Source: an uncultured delta proteobacterium (GTDB taxonomy: Bacteria > Myxococcota > Kuafuiibacteriia > Kuafuiibacteriales > Kuafuiibacteriaceae). Taken from it: a stretch of 64,000 bases of DNA. Where the stretch lies: contig CAWDML010000014.1 of the NCBI GenBank assembly GCA_963803435.1, positions 96,001 to 160,000 of the forward strand, given 5' to 3'. Position numbers and translations under genes: made by a program. A model generated the notes under the pieces. That model saw only the letters and a program-made list of their open reading frames with translations, did not search any database and was not told where the DNA came from. How positions within the stretch are numbered: the stretch's first letter is position 1; each line of letters starts with the position of its first letter. Shown piece by piece: positions 53,979 to 64,000 of this stretch.

Positions 53979-55910
53979 GTGAGGCTGACCGCTCTTCCGT
54001 TCGCCCTCGTCCTGGCTGCGTGCGCCTCCTGCTCGGGTTCGCGGCGGACGACGAATCCACCGCCGGACGCCGGAGTCCCCAAGGTGGTGGACAAGGTCGA
54101 GGTCAGCCCGCCCACGCTCTCGCTCACGGCCGGCGATTCACAGACCCTCACGGCCCGCGTCCTCGATCAGGACGGCGCCCCGCTCCTCTCCAAGCAGGTC
54201 ACCTGGTCCGCGTCCGACACGAACGTCGCCACAGTCACCGGGGCCGGCGTGGTCACCGCGCGGGCAGAAGGGACCGCACTGGTCACCGCCTCCGCCGACG
54301 GCAAGAGTGGGTCGGCGTCCGTCGTGGTCATGCCCGTGAACATGAACCCGGTCGACTCGGTCGAGCTCGACCCGACGTCGGCCGCGCTCGTCGTCGGAGA
54401 GTCGGTGCAGCTGACGGCGACCGCCAAGGATGCGGCGGGCGCCGTGATCACCGGACACGCCGTCGACTGGACCACCGCCGACGCGGCCGTCGCCACGGTC
54501 AACGCGAGCGGGCTCGTGCTCGCAGTCGGCGCCGGCAGCACGCGCGTGACCGGGACGATCGACGGCAAGTCGGCCGCCGCCACCCTCGACGTGACCGAGC
54601 CCCAGGTGGAGCCCGGCGACGTCGACGTCGACGTCACCACGCGCTACCAGACGATGGACGGCTGGGAGGCTACCGCCCAGATGGGACAGTGGGAGTGCGG
54701 GCGCACCGCCTTCGACAACTACCGCGACGCCCTGGTCGACCGCGCTGTCAACGAGCTCGGGATCAATCGCCTGCGGGTCGAGCTCACCTCCGGATCCGAG
54801 AACACGACCGACTGGTTCGGGATGTTCGACAGCGGTCAGGTCCCCATCTCGACGTGGGAGAGCCACTGGTACGATCCGGTGAACGACAACGCCGACCCGA
54901 ACGTCATCAACCCGGCCGGCTTCCAGTGGGGACAGCTCGACTCGATCATCGATCGCGTGGCCAACCCCTTCCGGAACGCGCTGATGCAGCGGGGCGAGCA
55001 GCTCTATGTGAACCTCTGCTTCGTCGACTTCGACGTCACCGCCTTCTCGCACAAGGACCATCCGGACGAGTACGCCGAGCTGATCCTGGCGGCGTTTCAG
55101 CACCTCGAGTCCAAATACGGCTGGGTCCCGGACGGGCTCGAGATCATGCTCGAGCCGGACAACAACTCCGGCTGGACCACGACCGACGTCGGCCGCGCGT
55201 TCATCGCCGCCGCCGATCGCCTCGAAGCGGCCGGCTATCACCCGAGCTACACGCTCCCCTCGAACACGAACATGTGGAGCGCGATCGGCGCCTACGACAC
55301 GATCAAGGGGATGTCGGGGGCCGCCGGCCGGATCACGGAGCTGTCCTATCACCGCTACCAGGGGACCGGCCTCGACGCCGCCATGGCGGTGGGCGATCGC
55401 GTGCGCAACGACGGCGTGAAGAGCGCCATGCTCGAGCACATCGCCAGCGGCATCGACGACCTCATGGAGGATCTGACGGTGGCGCAGACCTCCGCGTGGC
55501 AGCAGTTCACGATCGGCTTCTGCGAGGCCGGTTTCCCGGGCGCGCAGTACTACGACATCGATATCTCGAACCCCAACAATCCGACGATCACGCCCGACGA
55601 GCTGTCGCGCTACTTCTCGCAGGTCTTCCTGCACGTGCGGCGGGGCGCGATCCGGTACGGCACCACCGTCCGCGACGGCTCGCTGGCGCCGCTCGCCTTC
55701 CAGAACGCCGATGGAAAGTGGACCGTGGTGGTGCGGACGCAGGGCCAGAAGTCGTTCACGATCGGCCGCCTGCCGCCCGGAACCTACGGCGTGTACTACA
55801 CGACCGGCGGCGAGCGCGCGACGCCGCGCCCCGACCTCACGATCACCGCCGGCAAGACCGCGGACGTCTCGATCCCGGGCGCCGGGCTCATCACCGTGTT
55901 CCAGCGCTGA
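53979..55910 (+). CDS. Lipoprotein with two Ig-like (Big_2) domains and a GH30-like (clan GH-A) glycoside hydrolase domain
   Basis: LAA-C; two VTW...D..VATV...G.V.A...G repeats; RYQTMDGWE, LEIMLEPD, LSYHRY, AMLEH, AFQNADG.WTVVV. Confidence 0.72.
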   Translation: MRLTALPFALVLAACASCSGSRRTTNPPPDAGVPKVVDKVEVSPPTLSLTAGDSQTLTARVLDQDGAPLLSKQVTWSASDTNVATVTGAGVVTARAEGTALVTASADGKSGSASVVVMPVNMNPVDSVELDPTSAALVVGESVQLTATAKDAAGAVITGHAVDWTTADAAVATVNASGLVLAVGAGSTRVTGTIDGKSAAATLDVTEPQVEPGDVDVDVTTRYQTMDGWEATAQMGQWECGRTAFDNYRDALVDRAVNELGINRLRVELTSGSENTTDWFGMFDSGQVPISTWESHWYDPVNDNADPNVINPAGFQWGQLDSIIDRVANPFRNALMQRGEQLYVNLCFVDFDVTAFSHKDHPDEYAELILAAFQHLESKYGWVPDGLEIMLEPDNNSGWTTTDVGRAFIAAADRLEAAGYHPSYTLPSNTNMWSAIGAYDTIKGMSGAAGRITELSYHRYQGTGLDAAMAVGDRVRNDGVKSAMLEHIASGIDDLMEDLTVAQTSAWQQFTIGFCEAGFPGAQYYDIDISNPNNPTITPDELSRYFSQVFLHVRRGAIRYGTTVRDGSLAPLAFQNADGKWTVVVRTQGQKSFTIGRLPPGTYGVYYTTGGERATPRPDLTITAGKTADVSIPGAGLITVFQR

Positions 55911-55916
55911 GCGAGC

Positions 55917-57344
55917 TCACGGGCAATTGCCGAGCGGCGCCGGGCTGAACGATCCGCCCGGGGCCGAGCACGTCCCGCCGCGCTGGTCGATCCGCACCAC
56001 CCCGGTGCTGCCCCCGCCGCCGCCCCCGCCGCCGGCGCCGGTCCCACCGATGCTGCCGGCGAGCGTCGAGCCGGCGCCGCCGTCCCCGCCGTCCCCGCCG
56101 TCGCCCGCGCCGTTGCCGCCCGGGGCCGGCACCGCGCTATTGCGGCGCCCGTTGATGCCCGGGTTACCGCCGCCGCCGACGCTGCCGCCCTCGCCACCTC
56201 CGCCGCCGTTCGCGGTGATCCAGGCAAAGCTGGTGATCGTGACGTGGTAGCCCTCGAGCAGGATCCCACCGCCGCTGCCGCCCGCGCCCCCGCCCGAGCC
56301 GTCCTCGCCCGGCTGTCCACCGTAGCCGTTCGCCGACAGGGAGACGTCGAGGTAGAGCATGCCGGCCGCCGAGATTTGCACCGCGCCGCCGCCGGCGCCG
56401 CCGGTGCCCCCCGTATTGCCGCTGTCGGACCCGCCCGGACCACCCGGGCAGCCGCCGCGCGGCGGGACCAGCGAGGTGTCGGTGGCCGCGGTACCCATCC
56501 CGCCGCCGGCGCCCGAGCCGGGACCGCCCTCTCCGCCGTTGCCGCCGAACGCGCCGCCGCCGCCGCCGCCCGCGCCGTTGCCGCTGTTGCCGCCGCGCGC
56601 CCCGACGCCGGCGTTGGGACACCCGGAGGCGCCGCCCGCGGTGAACACCGTGCCGTCCGCCATGAGCTCGCCCCGCAAGGTGGCGTCGCCGAAGACGGCG
56701 AAGATGACCGGGTGGCTGCCCTCGATCGTCACGGTGCCGCCCGGGTCGAGGAAGAAGCTGTCCATCGCGAGGATGTACGAGCCTCCGGGCCCGGGGTAGA
56801 CCGGCGGCATCGGCTCACCGCACCACTGCGAGAACGTCAGCGTGTTCGCCGCGGTGATGACTGCGTCGCAAGTCAGGTTGACACCCGCGCCGGGCGTGAG
56901 CGCCGTCGGATCGAAGTTCTGCGGCAGGTATGGGAAGCCGTTGAACACCCCGGTGTCCGGGAAGCCGGCGTCGTCGGGTACGCCGGTGTCATCCGGGACG
57001 CCGGTGTCATCCGGGACGCCGATGTCGTCCGGGATCCCGGTGTCATCCGCGACGCCCGTGTCGTCCGGGATCCCGGTGTCGTCGGGCGCGGCGTCCCGGG
57101 TGAGATCGGCGTCGCCGGCGCCGGTGTCCTCGGCGGCGTCCTGGGGCGACGCGTCCCGCGGATCGGAGCCGGCGTCGCTGGAGGCATCGCGATCGAGCAC
57201 GGTGCTCGCGTCGCGATCGTCGGTCTTGGCGTCGAGCGTCCCGGTCCCCGCGTCGAAACCCGGGGTGGCGGCCGGCGGCTGAAAAATGCACGCCGCCGAG
57301 GTCAACCAGAGGACCCCGCACACACGTGCTCCCGCGCGCCTCAC
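55917..57344 (-). CDS. Gly-rich lipoprotein with acidic PDDTG linker repeats
   Basis: TSAA-C lipobox; GGAGGGAVQISA and GGAGGSGGGILLE Gly-rich repeats. Confidence 0.8.
   Translation of the reverse strand: MRRAGARVCGVLWLTSAACIFQPPAATPGFDAGTGTLDAKTDDRDASTVLDRDASSDAGSDPRDASPQDAAEDTGAGDADLTRDAAPDDTGIPDDTGVADDTGIPDDIGVPDDTGVPDDTGVPDDAGFPDTGVFNGFPYLPQNFDPTALTPGAGVNLTCDAVITAANTLTFSQWCGEPMPPVYPGPGGSYILAMDSFFLDPGGTVTIEGSHPVIFAVFGDATLRGELMADGTVFTAGGASGCPNAGVGARGGNSGNGAGGGGGGAFGGNGGEGGPGSGAGGGMGTAATDTSLVPPRGGCPGGPGGSDSGNTGGTGGAGGGAVQISAAGMLYLDVSLSANGYGGQPGEDGSGGGAGGSGGGILLEGYHVTITSFAWITANGGGGGEGGSVGGGGNPGINGRRNSAVPAPGGNGAGDGGDGGDGGAGSTLAGSIGGTGAGGGGGGGGSTGVVRIDQRGGTCSAPGGSFSPAPLGNCP
56951..57086 (-). 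repeat. Degenerate 18-bp tandem repeat (about 7 copies) encoding PDDTG[IV]
   Basis: PDDTGI-PDDTGV-ADDTGI-PDDIGV-PDDTGV-PDDTGV-PDDAGF-PDTG. Confidence 0.8.
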
Positions 57345-57400
57345 GCGGCGATACTAAGGAGTTCGCTCCTGGATCTGGCAAGAGTATTCTCCGAGATCGG

Positions 57401-58336
57401 ATGCCTCGAGGCACGATCGAAGAGGCCGTGGAGGCGCTCCTTCACCGCGCGGGGCTCGTCGCGTTCCCCACAGAAACCGTATACGGGCTGGGCGCAGACG
57501 CCCTGAACCCGCGGGCAGTCGCGCGGATCTTCGAGGCCAAGAACCGGCCCTCGTTCGACCCTCTGATCGTGCACGTGCGGCGGATGGAAGACGTCGACGA
57601 GCTCGCGTCATCGTTTCCCGAGACTGCAAGACAGCTTGCAGAGCACTTCTGGCCGGGCCCGCTGACGCTGGTGCTGGAGAAGAGACCCGTCGTGCCGGAC
57701 ATCGTCACGGCCGGCCAGCCGACGGTGGCGGTCCGCGTCCCCGCGCACCCGATCGCGCTCGAGCTCCTGGAGCGGGCTCGGATCCCGATCGCCGCCCCCA
57801 GCGCGAACCGCTTCGGCTCGGTGAGCCCGACCTCGGCCGAGCACGTGGAGGCTCAGCTCGGCGACGCCGTCGACGTCATCCTGGACGGCGGCGACTGCCG
57901 CGTCGGCGTCGAGTCGACGATCATCTCGTTCACCGGCGAACGTCCGGCGCTCCTCAGACCGGGGGGTACGCCGGTCGAGGCGATCGAGGCCCGGATCGGT
58001 CCCCTGGAGATCCCGCCGCCCGATACGCTCCCGAGCGCTTCGCCGGGGCGCCTCGCGAAACACTACGCCACCCGCACCCCGCTCCACCTCGGATCCGTCG
58101 AGCTGGGGCACCGGCGCGCCGGGTTGCTCACCCTGACCGAGCCCGAAGAATCGACGCCCTACGAGGTGATCGAGGTGCTGTCTCCTACGGGATCCCTCGA
58201 AGAGGCTGCCGCCAACCTGTTCGCCGCCATGCGACGTCTGGACGCAGCCAACCTCGACGTCATCGTGGCGACACCGGTGCCTGAAGTAGGACTCGGGCGC
58301 GCGATCATGGATCGCTTACGACGCGCTGCGATTTGA
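57401..58336 (+). CDS. sua5: L-threonylcarbamoyladenylate synthase (Sua5 type)
   Basis: VAFPTETVYGLGADA, KNRPSFDPLIVH, FWPGPLT, AAPSANRFG, GVEST, SPG.LAKHY, AIMDRL.RAA. Confidence 0.95.
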   Translation: MPRGTIEEAVEALLHRAGLVAFPTETVYGLGADALNPRAVARIFEAKNRPSFDPLIVHVRRMEDVDELASSFPETARQLAEHFWPGPLTLVLEKRPVVPDIVTAGQPTVAVRVPAHPIALELLERARIPIAAPSANRFGSVSPTSAEHVEAQLGDAVDVILDGGDCRVGVESTIISFTGERPALLRPGGTPVEAIEARIGPLEIPPPDTLPSASPGRLAKHYATRTPLHLGSVELGHRRAGLLTLTEPEESTPYEVIEVLSPTGSLEEAAANLFAAMRRLDAANLDVIVATPVPEVGLGRAIMDRLRRAAI

Positions 58337-58381
58337 ATTATCCGAATTCGGACCGATATGCTGCACGAGGGACACGACGCG

Positions 58382-58786
<405 letters not shown>

Positions 58787-58793
58787 TGGAGGG

Positions 58794-58997
58794 ATGACCG
58801 CGCCTCAGCTCACCTTCCTCCTCACCACGGTCCTCCTCTCGGTCGCGCTCACAGCTCTGTTCTACCGCGGGGTCCTGCGATACGCGCCCACCCGTCGGGA
58901 GAGCCTTCTCGCCGCCGCCATGGCGGGAGTGCTCTGTGCAACGCCGGTGGGATGGGCGACGGCCGCGATCGTGAACGCGTTCGGATCGCTGGGATGA
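58794..58997 (+). CDS. Small two-transmembrane membrane protein
   Basis: GGAGG RBS; two hydrophobic stretches; ATGA overlap with the DoxX gene. Confidence 0.6.
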   Translation: MTAPQLTFLLTTVLLSVALTALFYRGVLRYAPTRRESLLAAAMAGVLCATPVGWATAAIVNAFGSLG

Positions 58998-59449
58998 ATC
59001 TCAGCTCGATTCGCGCCACTCGGCCCAGCACGCGGGACCAGGTGCGCGAGCTCGGTCTGTTCTTCCTGCGCGCAGCCACCGCCGGCTCCATGCTCCTCGC
59101 ACACGGTCTTCCGAAGCTCCTCAGCTACGCCGACAAGATGGAGACGTTCCCCGATCCGCTGGGGATCGGCAGCAACGTCAGCCTCGCCCTCGCAATCTTC
59201 GCGGAGGTCTTCTGCTCCATCGCGCTGCTGTTCGGACTGATGGCGCGGCTCACCGCCGGAGCCCTCGCCTTCACGATGCTGACCGCGTTCTTCCTCGTCC
59301 ACGGCCCAGACCCCTTCGCGAAGAAGGAGCTGGCCCTGATGTACGCCGTCCCCTGTCTCACCATCGTCCTGACGGGCGCGGGCCGTTTCTCGCTCGATCA
59401 GGTGCTCTTCGCGGGGCGATCCAGAGGCTCCTTGAAGCTCGATGTCTGA
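58994..59449 (+). CDS. DoxX-family membrane protein
   Basis: HGLPKL, FPDPLGIG, AIFAE, KELALMY, GAGRFSLD. Confidence 0.9.
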   Translation: MNLSSIRATRPSTRDQVRELGLFFLRAATAGSMLLAHGLPKLLSYADKMETFPDPLGIGSNVSLALAIFAEVFCSIALLFGLMARLTAGALAFTMLTAFFLVHGPDPFAKKELALMYAVPCLTIVLTGAGRFSLDQVLFAGRSRGSLKLDV

Positions 59450-59467
59450 GGGGCTACATCGCCTCTG

Positions 59468-61286
59468 GTGACCTCGTACCGCTCGCTGGCCGACATGTTC
59501 ACGAAGCGGGTCGCAGCGACCCCGAACGGCCTCGCCTTTCAGTTTCCCAAGGCGGACGGCGGCTGGGGCTCGATGACCTGGCGCGAGTCGGGCCAGCGCG
59601 TGCGGGCGATCGCGATGGGCCTGATCGCCCTCGGGCTCCAGAACGAGCAGCGCTGCGCGATCCTCGCGTCGACGCGCATCGAGTGGATCCTGGCGGACCT
59701 CGGCATCGCCTGCGCCGGCGGCGCGACCACGACCGTCTATCCCTCCAACATCCCGGACGAGTGTGCGTACATCCTCTCCGACTCGAATACGCGCGTCATC
59801 TTCGCCGAGAGCGACGAGCAGGTGGCGAAGATGCTCGAGATCCGGAGCCGCCTCCCCGGCCTCGAGAAGGTGATCACGTTCGACGGCGCACGCTCGCAGG
59901 ACGGCTGGGTGATCACGTTCGCCGAGCTGATCGAAAGCGGGAAGACGTACGATGCCGCCAACCCCGGCGCGTTCGAGCGCGTGGTCGCGTCCGTCGAGCC
60001 CCAGCACCTCGCCACCCTGATCTACACCTCGGGCACCACCGGCAAGCCGAAGGGCGTCGAGCTCCTCCACGACTGCTGGGTGTTCGAAGGCGAGGCGATC
60101 GAGCGCGCCAAGCTGATCACGACCGACGACCACCACTACCTGTGGCTGCCGCTCTCCCACTCGTTCGGCAAGGTGCTCGAGGCGGCGCAGCTCGCCTGCG
60201 GCTTCGCCACCACCGTCGACGGACGCATCGACAAGCTGGTGGAGAACCTGGCGGTGATCCGGCCGACGGTCATGGCGGCCGCACCCCGCATCTTCGAGAA
60301 GGTCTACAACCGCGTGATCACCGGCGCCGCCGAGAAGGGAGGCCTCACGCTCGAGATCTTCCGCTGGGCGACCAAGGTGGGAAAGAAGGTGTCCCTGCTG
60401 CGGCAGCAGGGCACCGAGCCGAGCGGGACCCTCGCGCTCCAGTACAAGATCGCCGACCGGCTGGTGTTCTCGAAGCTGCGCGCGCGCTTCGGCGGGCGCG
60501 TCCGCTACTTCATCTCGGGGAGCGCCCCGCTGTCCCACGAGATCGCCGAGTTCTTCCACGCCGCCGGGATCCTGATCCTCGAGGGCTACGGCCTCACCGA
60601 GTCGAGCGCGGCCACCTTCGTCAACCGGCCCGACAGCTTCAAGTTCGGCACCGTCGGCCTGCCGTTCGAGGGCGTGGAGGTCAAGCTGGCGCCCGAGGAC
60701 GGCGAGGTCCTGATCCGCGGGCGCGGCGTCATGCGCGGCTACCACAACCTGGCCGAGACCACCGCCGACTCGATCGATTCCGACGGCTGGCTGCGCACCG
60801 GCGACATCGGCGTGCTCGACGAGAAGGGCCGGCTCTCGATCACCGACCGCAAGAAGGATCTGATCAAGACCTCGGGCGGCAAGTACGTCGCGCCGCAGAA
60901 GCTCGAGGGCAAGCTGAAGGCCCTCTGCCCTTACGTGAGCCAGGTGGTGGTCCACGGCGATCGCCGCAACTTCTGCTCGGCCCTGGTGACTCTCGACGAG
61001 GAGTCGATCCCGAAGTGGGCCGCCGAGAACGGGCTCCCCGGCAAGGACGTCCCGGCGCTCGTCAAGGAAGACCGGGTGATCGCGATGGTGCAGCGCTCGA
61101 TCGATCAGCTCAACGCAGAGCTCGCCAGCTACGAGACGGTGAAGAAGTTCGCGATCCTGGAGCGGGACTTCACCGTCGAGACCGGTGAGCTGACCGCCAG
61201 CCTCAAGGTGAAGCGCAAGGAGGTCGAGCGCCGCTATCGCGAGGTCCTCGACGGCTTCTATCAGGGCGCGCTCGAGCGGATTCTGA
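59468..61286 (+). CDS. fadD: Long-chain fatty acid-CoA ligase (AMP-binding); as assembled it reads through in frame into the next gene
   Basis: YTSGTTGKPKG, EGYGLTE, WLRTGD, DRKKDLIKTSGGKYVAPQ, GELTASLKVKR. Confidence 0.9.
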
Positions 61287-62116
61287 TGGCGGCCTTCGAT
61301 CCGCTCCGCTACTGGGAGGACCGCCACCAGGCGGCGGTCGGTCTCTCCGGCGTCGGTTATCTGGGCCTCAAGGGCTACAACGAGTGGATGTACCGGGTCC
61401 GCAAGCGCGTGTTCCGCCGCGTGCTGCGTCCGTATGCGGAGCGCCTGCGCGCGGCCCGCGTGCTCGACGTCGGCTCGGGCACCGGCTTCTACCTCTCCGA
61501 GTGGACCCGCCTGAAGGTCGGCGCGCTCACTGGCTGCGACTTCTCCACCGTCGCGCTCGAGCGGCTGCGCGCCGCCTTCCCCGCCCTCTCGATCGAGCAC
61601 CTCGACATCACCACCGAGGACACCGGCGCCCTCGACCGGCTCGGTCGCTTCGACTTCGTGTCGATCATCGACGTGCTCTATCACATCGTCGACGACGCCC
61701 TCTATGCGCGGGCGTTCCAGAACCTGGCCCGGCTCCTCGCGCCCGGCGGCGTGCTGGTGTTCACCGAGAACTTCCTCCAGCGCACGCCGCGCGGGGGCAA
61801 CGCCTGGCAGATCCTCCGCGAGCTCCGCGAGATCGAGGCCGCGGCGGCGCGCGCGGAGCTGCGGATCACCTCGCGCGTGCCCTGGTTCATGCTGATGAAC
61901 GGCCCGGTCGATACGGACAGCCGGATCCTCAAGGGCGGTTGGTGGGCCATCCAGAAGATCAGCGGTCGCTCGCGGATAGCCGGCTTCGCGATGGGCGCGG
62001 CGATGTACCCGGCGGAGGTGCTGCTCACCAAGGCGTTCGCCGAGAGCCCGACCTCGGAGATCGCGCTCGCCGAGCACGCGCCCTATTCGAACAGTCGCTC
62101 GATGCGCGACGGGTAG
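61286..62116 (+). CDS. Class I SAM-dependent methyltransferase
   Basis: FDPLRYWEDR, VLDVGSGTG, DVLYHIVDD, LAPGG; own ATG within TGATG at 61284-61288. Confidence 0.82.
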   Translation: MAAFDPLRYWEDRHQAAVGLSGVGYLGLKGYNEWMYRVRKRVFRRVLRPYAERLRAARVLDVGSGTGFYLSEWTRLKVGALTGCDFSTVALERLRAAFPALSIEHLDITTEDTGALDRLGRFDFVSIIDVLYHIVDDALYARAFQNLARLLAPGGVLVFTENFLQRTPRGGNAWQILRELREIEAAAARAELRITSRVPWFMLMNGPVDTDSRILKGGWWAIQKISGRSRIAGFAMGAAMYPAEVLLTKAFAESPTSEIALAEHAPYSNSRSMRDG

Positions 62117-62376
62117 CCGTAGTCCATCGGGCCGCGCCCCGGAATGCGCTCCGGCGGCGGGATGCGTCCCGGGCTGACCGGCGGCGCGCTCGACCCCGGG
62201 TTGGAGACGAAGGCGTCCACGACCATGTCCTGATGGAGCTGGCCGACGTAGGTGCCGTCCATCTTGAAGACCTGATCGCCCTGGGCGAAGCCTCGGGGAT
62301 AGCCGTCGATGTCGAACAGGAAGCCGCCCTCCAGGACGGCCACGGCCTCGCCCGCCCGGTCGTAGAGGTACTTCAT
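62083..62376 (-). CDS. Small beta-repeat protein (4-fold beta-flower-like)
   Basis: Repeats of (L/F)YD..G...(G/A): YLYDRAGEAVA, LFDIDGYPRG, VFKMDGTYVG; Pro-rich tail. Confidence 0.65.
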   Translation of the reverse strand: MKYLYDRAGEAVAVLEGGFLFDIDGYPRGFAQGDQVFKMDGTYVGQLHQDMVVDAFVSNPGSSAPPVSPGRIPPPERIPGRGPMDYGYPSRIERLFE

Positions 62377-62481
62377 CGGTCGGCGCGTACCATGGGGCGC
62401 GACCGGCGTCCCCCGTGATTTCGGGGGCATTTTGCCCCGGGGTTGCGCACGAAGATGGGACTGGGTCATCTGGCACGCGGA

Positions 62482-63223
62482 ATGAACGATCCGGTGAGCT
62501 TCGACCCTCTTTCGGTCGACGCGGAGATCGACATCGTGGCGGCGCAGCAGCAGCTCGAGCATGTGACGCGCCTGGCGACGCTGGGGACCCTCGCCTCCGG
62601 CATCGCCCACGAGCTGGGCACCCCGCTCAACGTGGTGCTGGCGCGGGCCAAGATGATCGCGCGCGGTGAGGTGGACGGCGACGACGTCAAAGGCAACGCG
62701 AACGTGATCGTCGAGCAAGCCGAGCGGATGACCCGCATCATCGCGCAGCTCCTCGACTTCGCGCGCGACCGGCGGCCGCGTCAGACGCGCCTCGACCTCG
62801 CGCACACGATCGCGCAAGCCATCTTGCTCCTCGAGCCGATCGCCGACGAAGCCCGCGTGCGCATCGAGCGGGTACCCGGTCTCGCACCGCGAGATCCAGG
62901 CCGATGGCCACCAGCTCCAGCAAGCGCTGACCAACCTCATGCTCAACGGGATCCAGGCGATGCCGGACGGCGGCACGCTCTCGGTCGGCGCCGAGCCCAA
63001 GGACGACGAGATCCACATCTTCGTCGCAGACCAGGGGATCGGCATCCCGCCGGAGGATCAGGAGCGGATCTTCAAGGCTTTCTACACCACCAAGGAGTCG
63101 GGCCAGGGCACCGGGCTCGGCCTGGCGGTCTGCGACCGGATCGTGAAGGACCACGGCGGGCACATCCTTCTGGAGAGCGAGGTCGGGCGTGGTAGCCGCT
63201 TCACGATCGTCCTTCCACAGTGA
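62482..63223 (+). CDS. Histidine kinase (HisKA + HATPase), no sensor domain; frameshift near 62880
   Basis: LASGIAHELGTPL H-box; QALTNLMLNG, DQGIGI, FYTTK..GQGTGLGL. Confidence 0.88.
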
Positions 63224-64000
63224 TCCTCGCGGCCGCGTGCTGGTGGTCGAGGACGACCGCAGCATGCGCGATCTCCTCCAGGAGACCCTGTCGCGGCGCG
63301 GCTTCGAGATCCGCTGTGCGTCCTCCAGCGAGGAGGGCCTGCGGCTCCTGGAGTCGGACGATCTCCGACGTCGTCGTCACGGACATGAAGATGGCCGGAA
63401 TGTCCGGCCTCGAGCTATGCGAGCGGATCGCGGCCAACCGGGCGGACGTCCCGGTCCTGGTGATCACCGCGTTCGGAATCGATGGACACGGCGGTGGCGG
63501 CGCTCCGGGCCGGCGCCTTCGACTTCATCACCAAGCCCCTCGAGATCGAGGTGCTGACGCTGGCGCTCCACCGCGCCCTTCAGCACCGCGCCCTGCGCCG
63601 CGAGGTGAAGCGCCTGCGCAAGGCGGTCGAGGCCACCGAGCGCTTCGACGAGATCATCGGCGCCAGCGCGGCGATGGAGAAGATGTTCGAGATCCTGGAG
63701 CGGGCGGCCAAGTCGGGCGCCTCCGTGGTCATCACCGGGGAGAGCGGCACCGGCAAGGAGCTGGTCGCCCGCGCTCTCCACCGGCGAAGCCCCCGGGCCG
63801 AGGGTCCGTTCATCGCCGTGGACTGCGCCTGCGTCCCCGAGACCCTCCTCGAGAGCGAGCTGTTCGGCCATCGCGCAGGTGCTTTCACCGATGCCCGCGA
63901 CCGACCACGAGGGGCTGTTCATCCGCGCCCACGGCGGGACCCTGTTCCTCGACGAGATTGGGGAGATGCCGCCGTCGATCGCAGCCGAAGCTCCTGCGCG
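63220..64000 (+). CDS. NtrC/AtoC-type sigma54-dependent response regulator (several frameshifts; truncated by window end)
   Basis: VLVVEDD receiver; GAFDFITKP; ITGESGTGKELVARALH; LLESELFGH..GAFTDA; GGTLFLDEIGEM. Confidence 0.9.
   Translation, partial: MILAAACWWSRTTAACAISSRRPCRGAASRSAVRPPARRACGSWSRTISDVVVTDMKMAGMSGLELCERIAANRADVPVLVITAFGIDGHGGGGAPGRRLRLHHQAPRDRGADAGAPPRPSAPRPAPRGEAPAQGGRGHRALRRDHRRQRGDGEDVRDPGAGGQVGRLRGHHRGERHRQGAGRPRSPPAKPPGRGSVHRRGLRLRPRDPPRERAVRPSRRCFHRCPRPTTRGCSSAPTAGPCSSTRLGRCRRRSQPKLLR

Overview
A very GC-rich, gene-dense bacterial window. Its gene content (many Cys-rich lipoproteins, an ECF/anti-sigma/caspase cassette, a serpin, spondin and Calx-beta-like surface proteins, a sigma54 activator) looks like Myxococcota/Deltaproteobacteria; that placement is an inference. 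About 47 CDS can be supported. I saw no rRNA, tRNA or CRISPR array. Many genes are broken by single-base frameshifts clustered at about 37.3-39.2 kb, 49.4-52 kb and 62.8-64 kb, which most likely are long-read assembly errors. The strongest structural signal is a 1.9-kb IS1182-type element (44696-46604). It has about 66-bp terminal inverted repeats built from GGGACC hexamers and CTAG at both ends, and it carries a four-helix-bundle (IVP/Avd-like) passenger gene. A 95-bp gene-less hairpin copy of the same ends lies at 28738-28832. Both copies sit on the TAG stop codon of an adjacent gene. Other notable items: a lipase plus pseudo-lipase pair inside a GMC-oxidoreductase/MMPL/LolA-like/beta-barrel operon; a plant-PYD1-like PreA with no adjacent PreT; an unannotated papain-like Cys-His-Asp protein; an RTX/EF-hand protein coupled to a SUFU gene; a lipoprotein of about 2770 aa with about 23 repeats; and several apparently leaderless genes.
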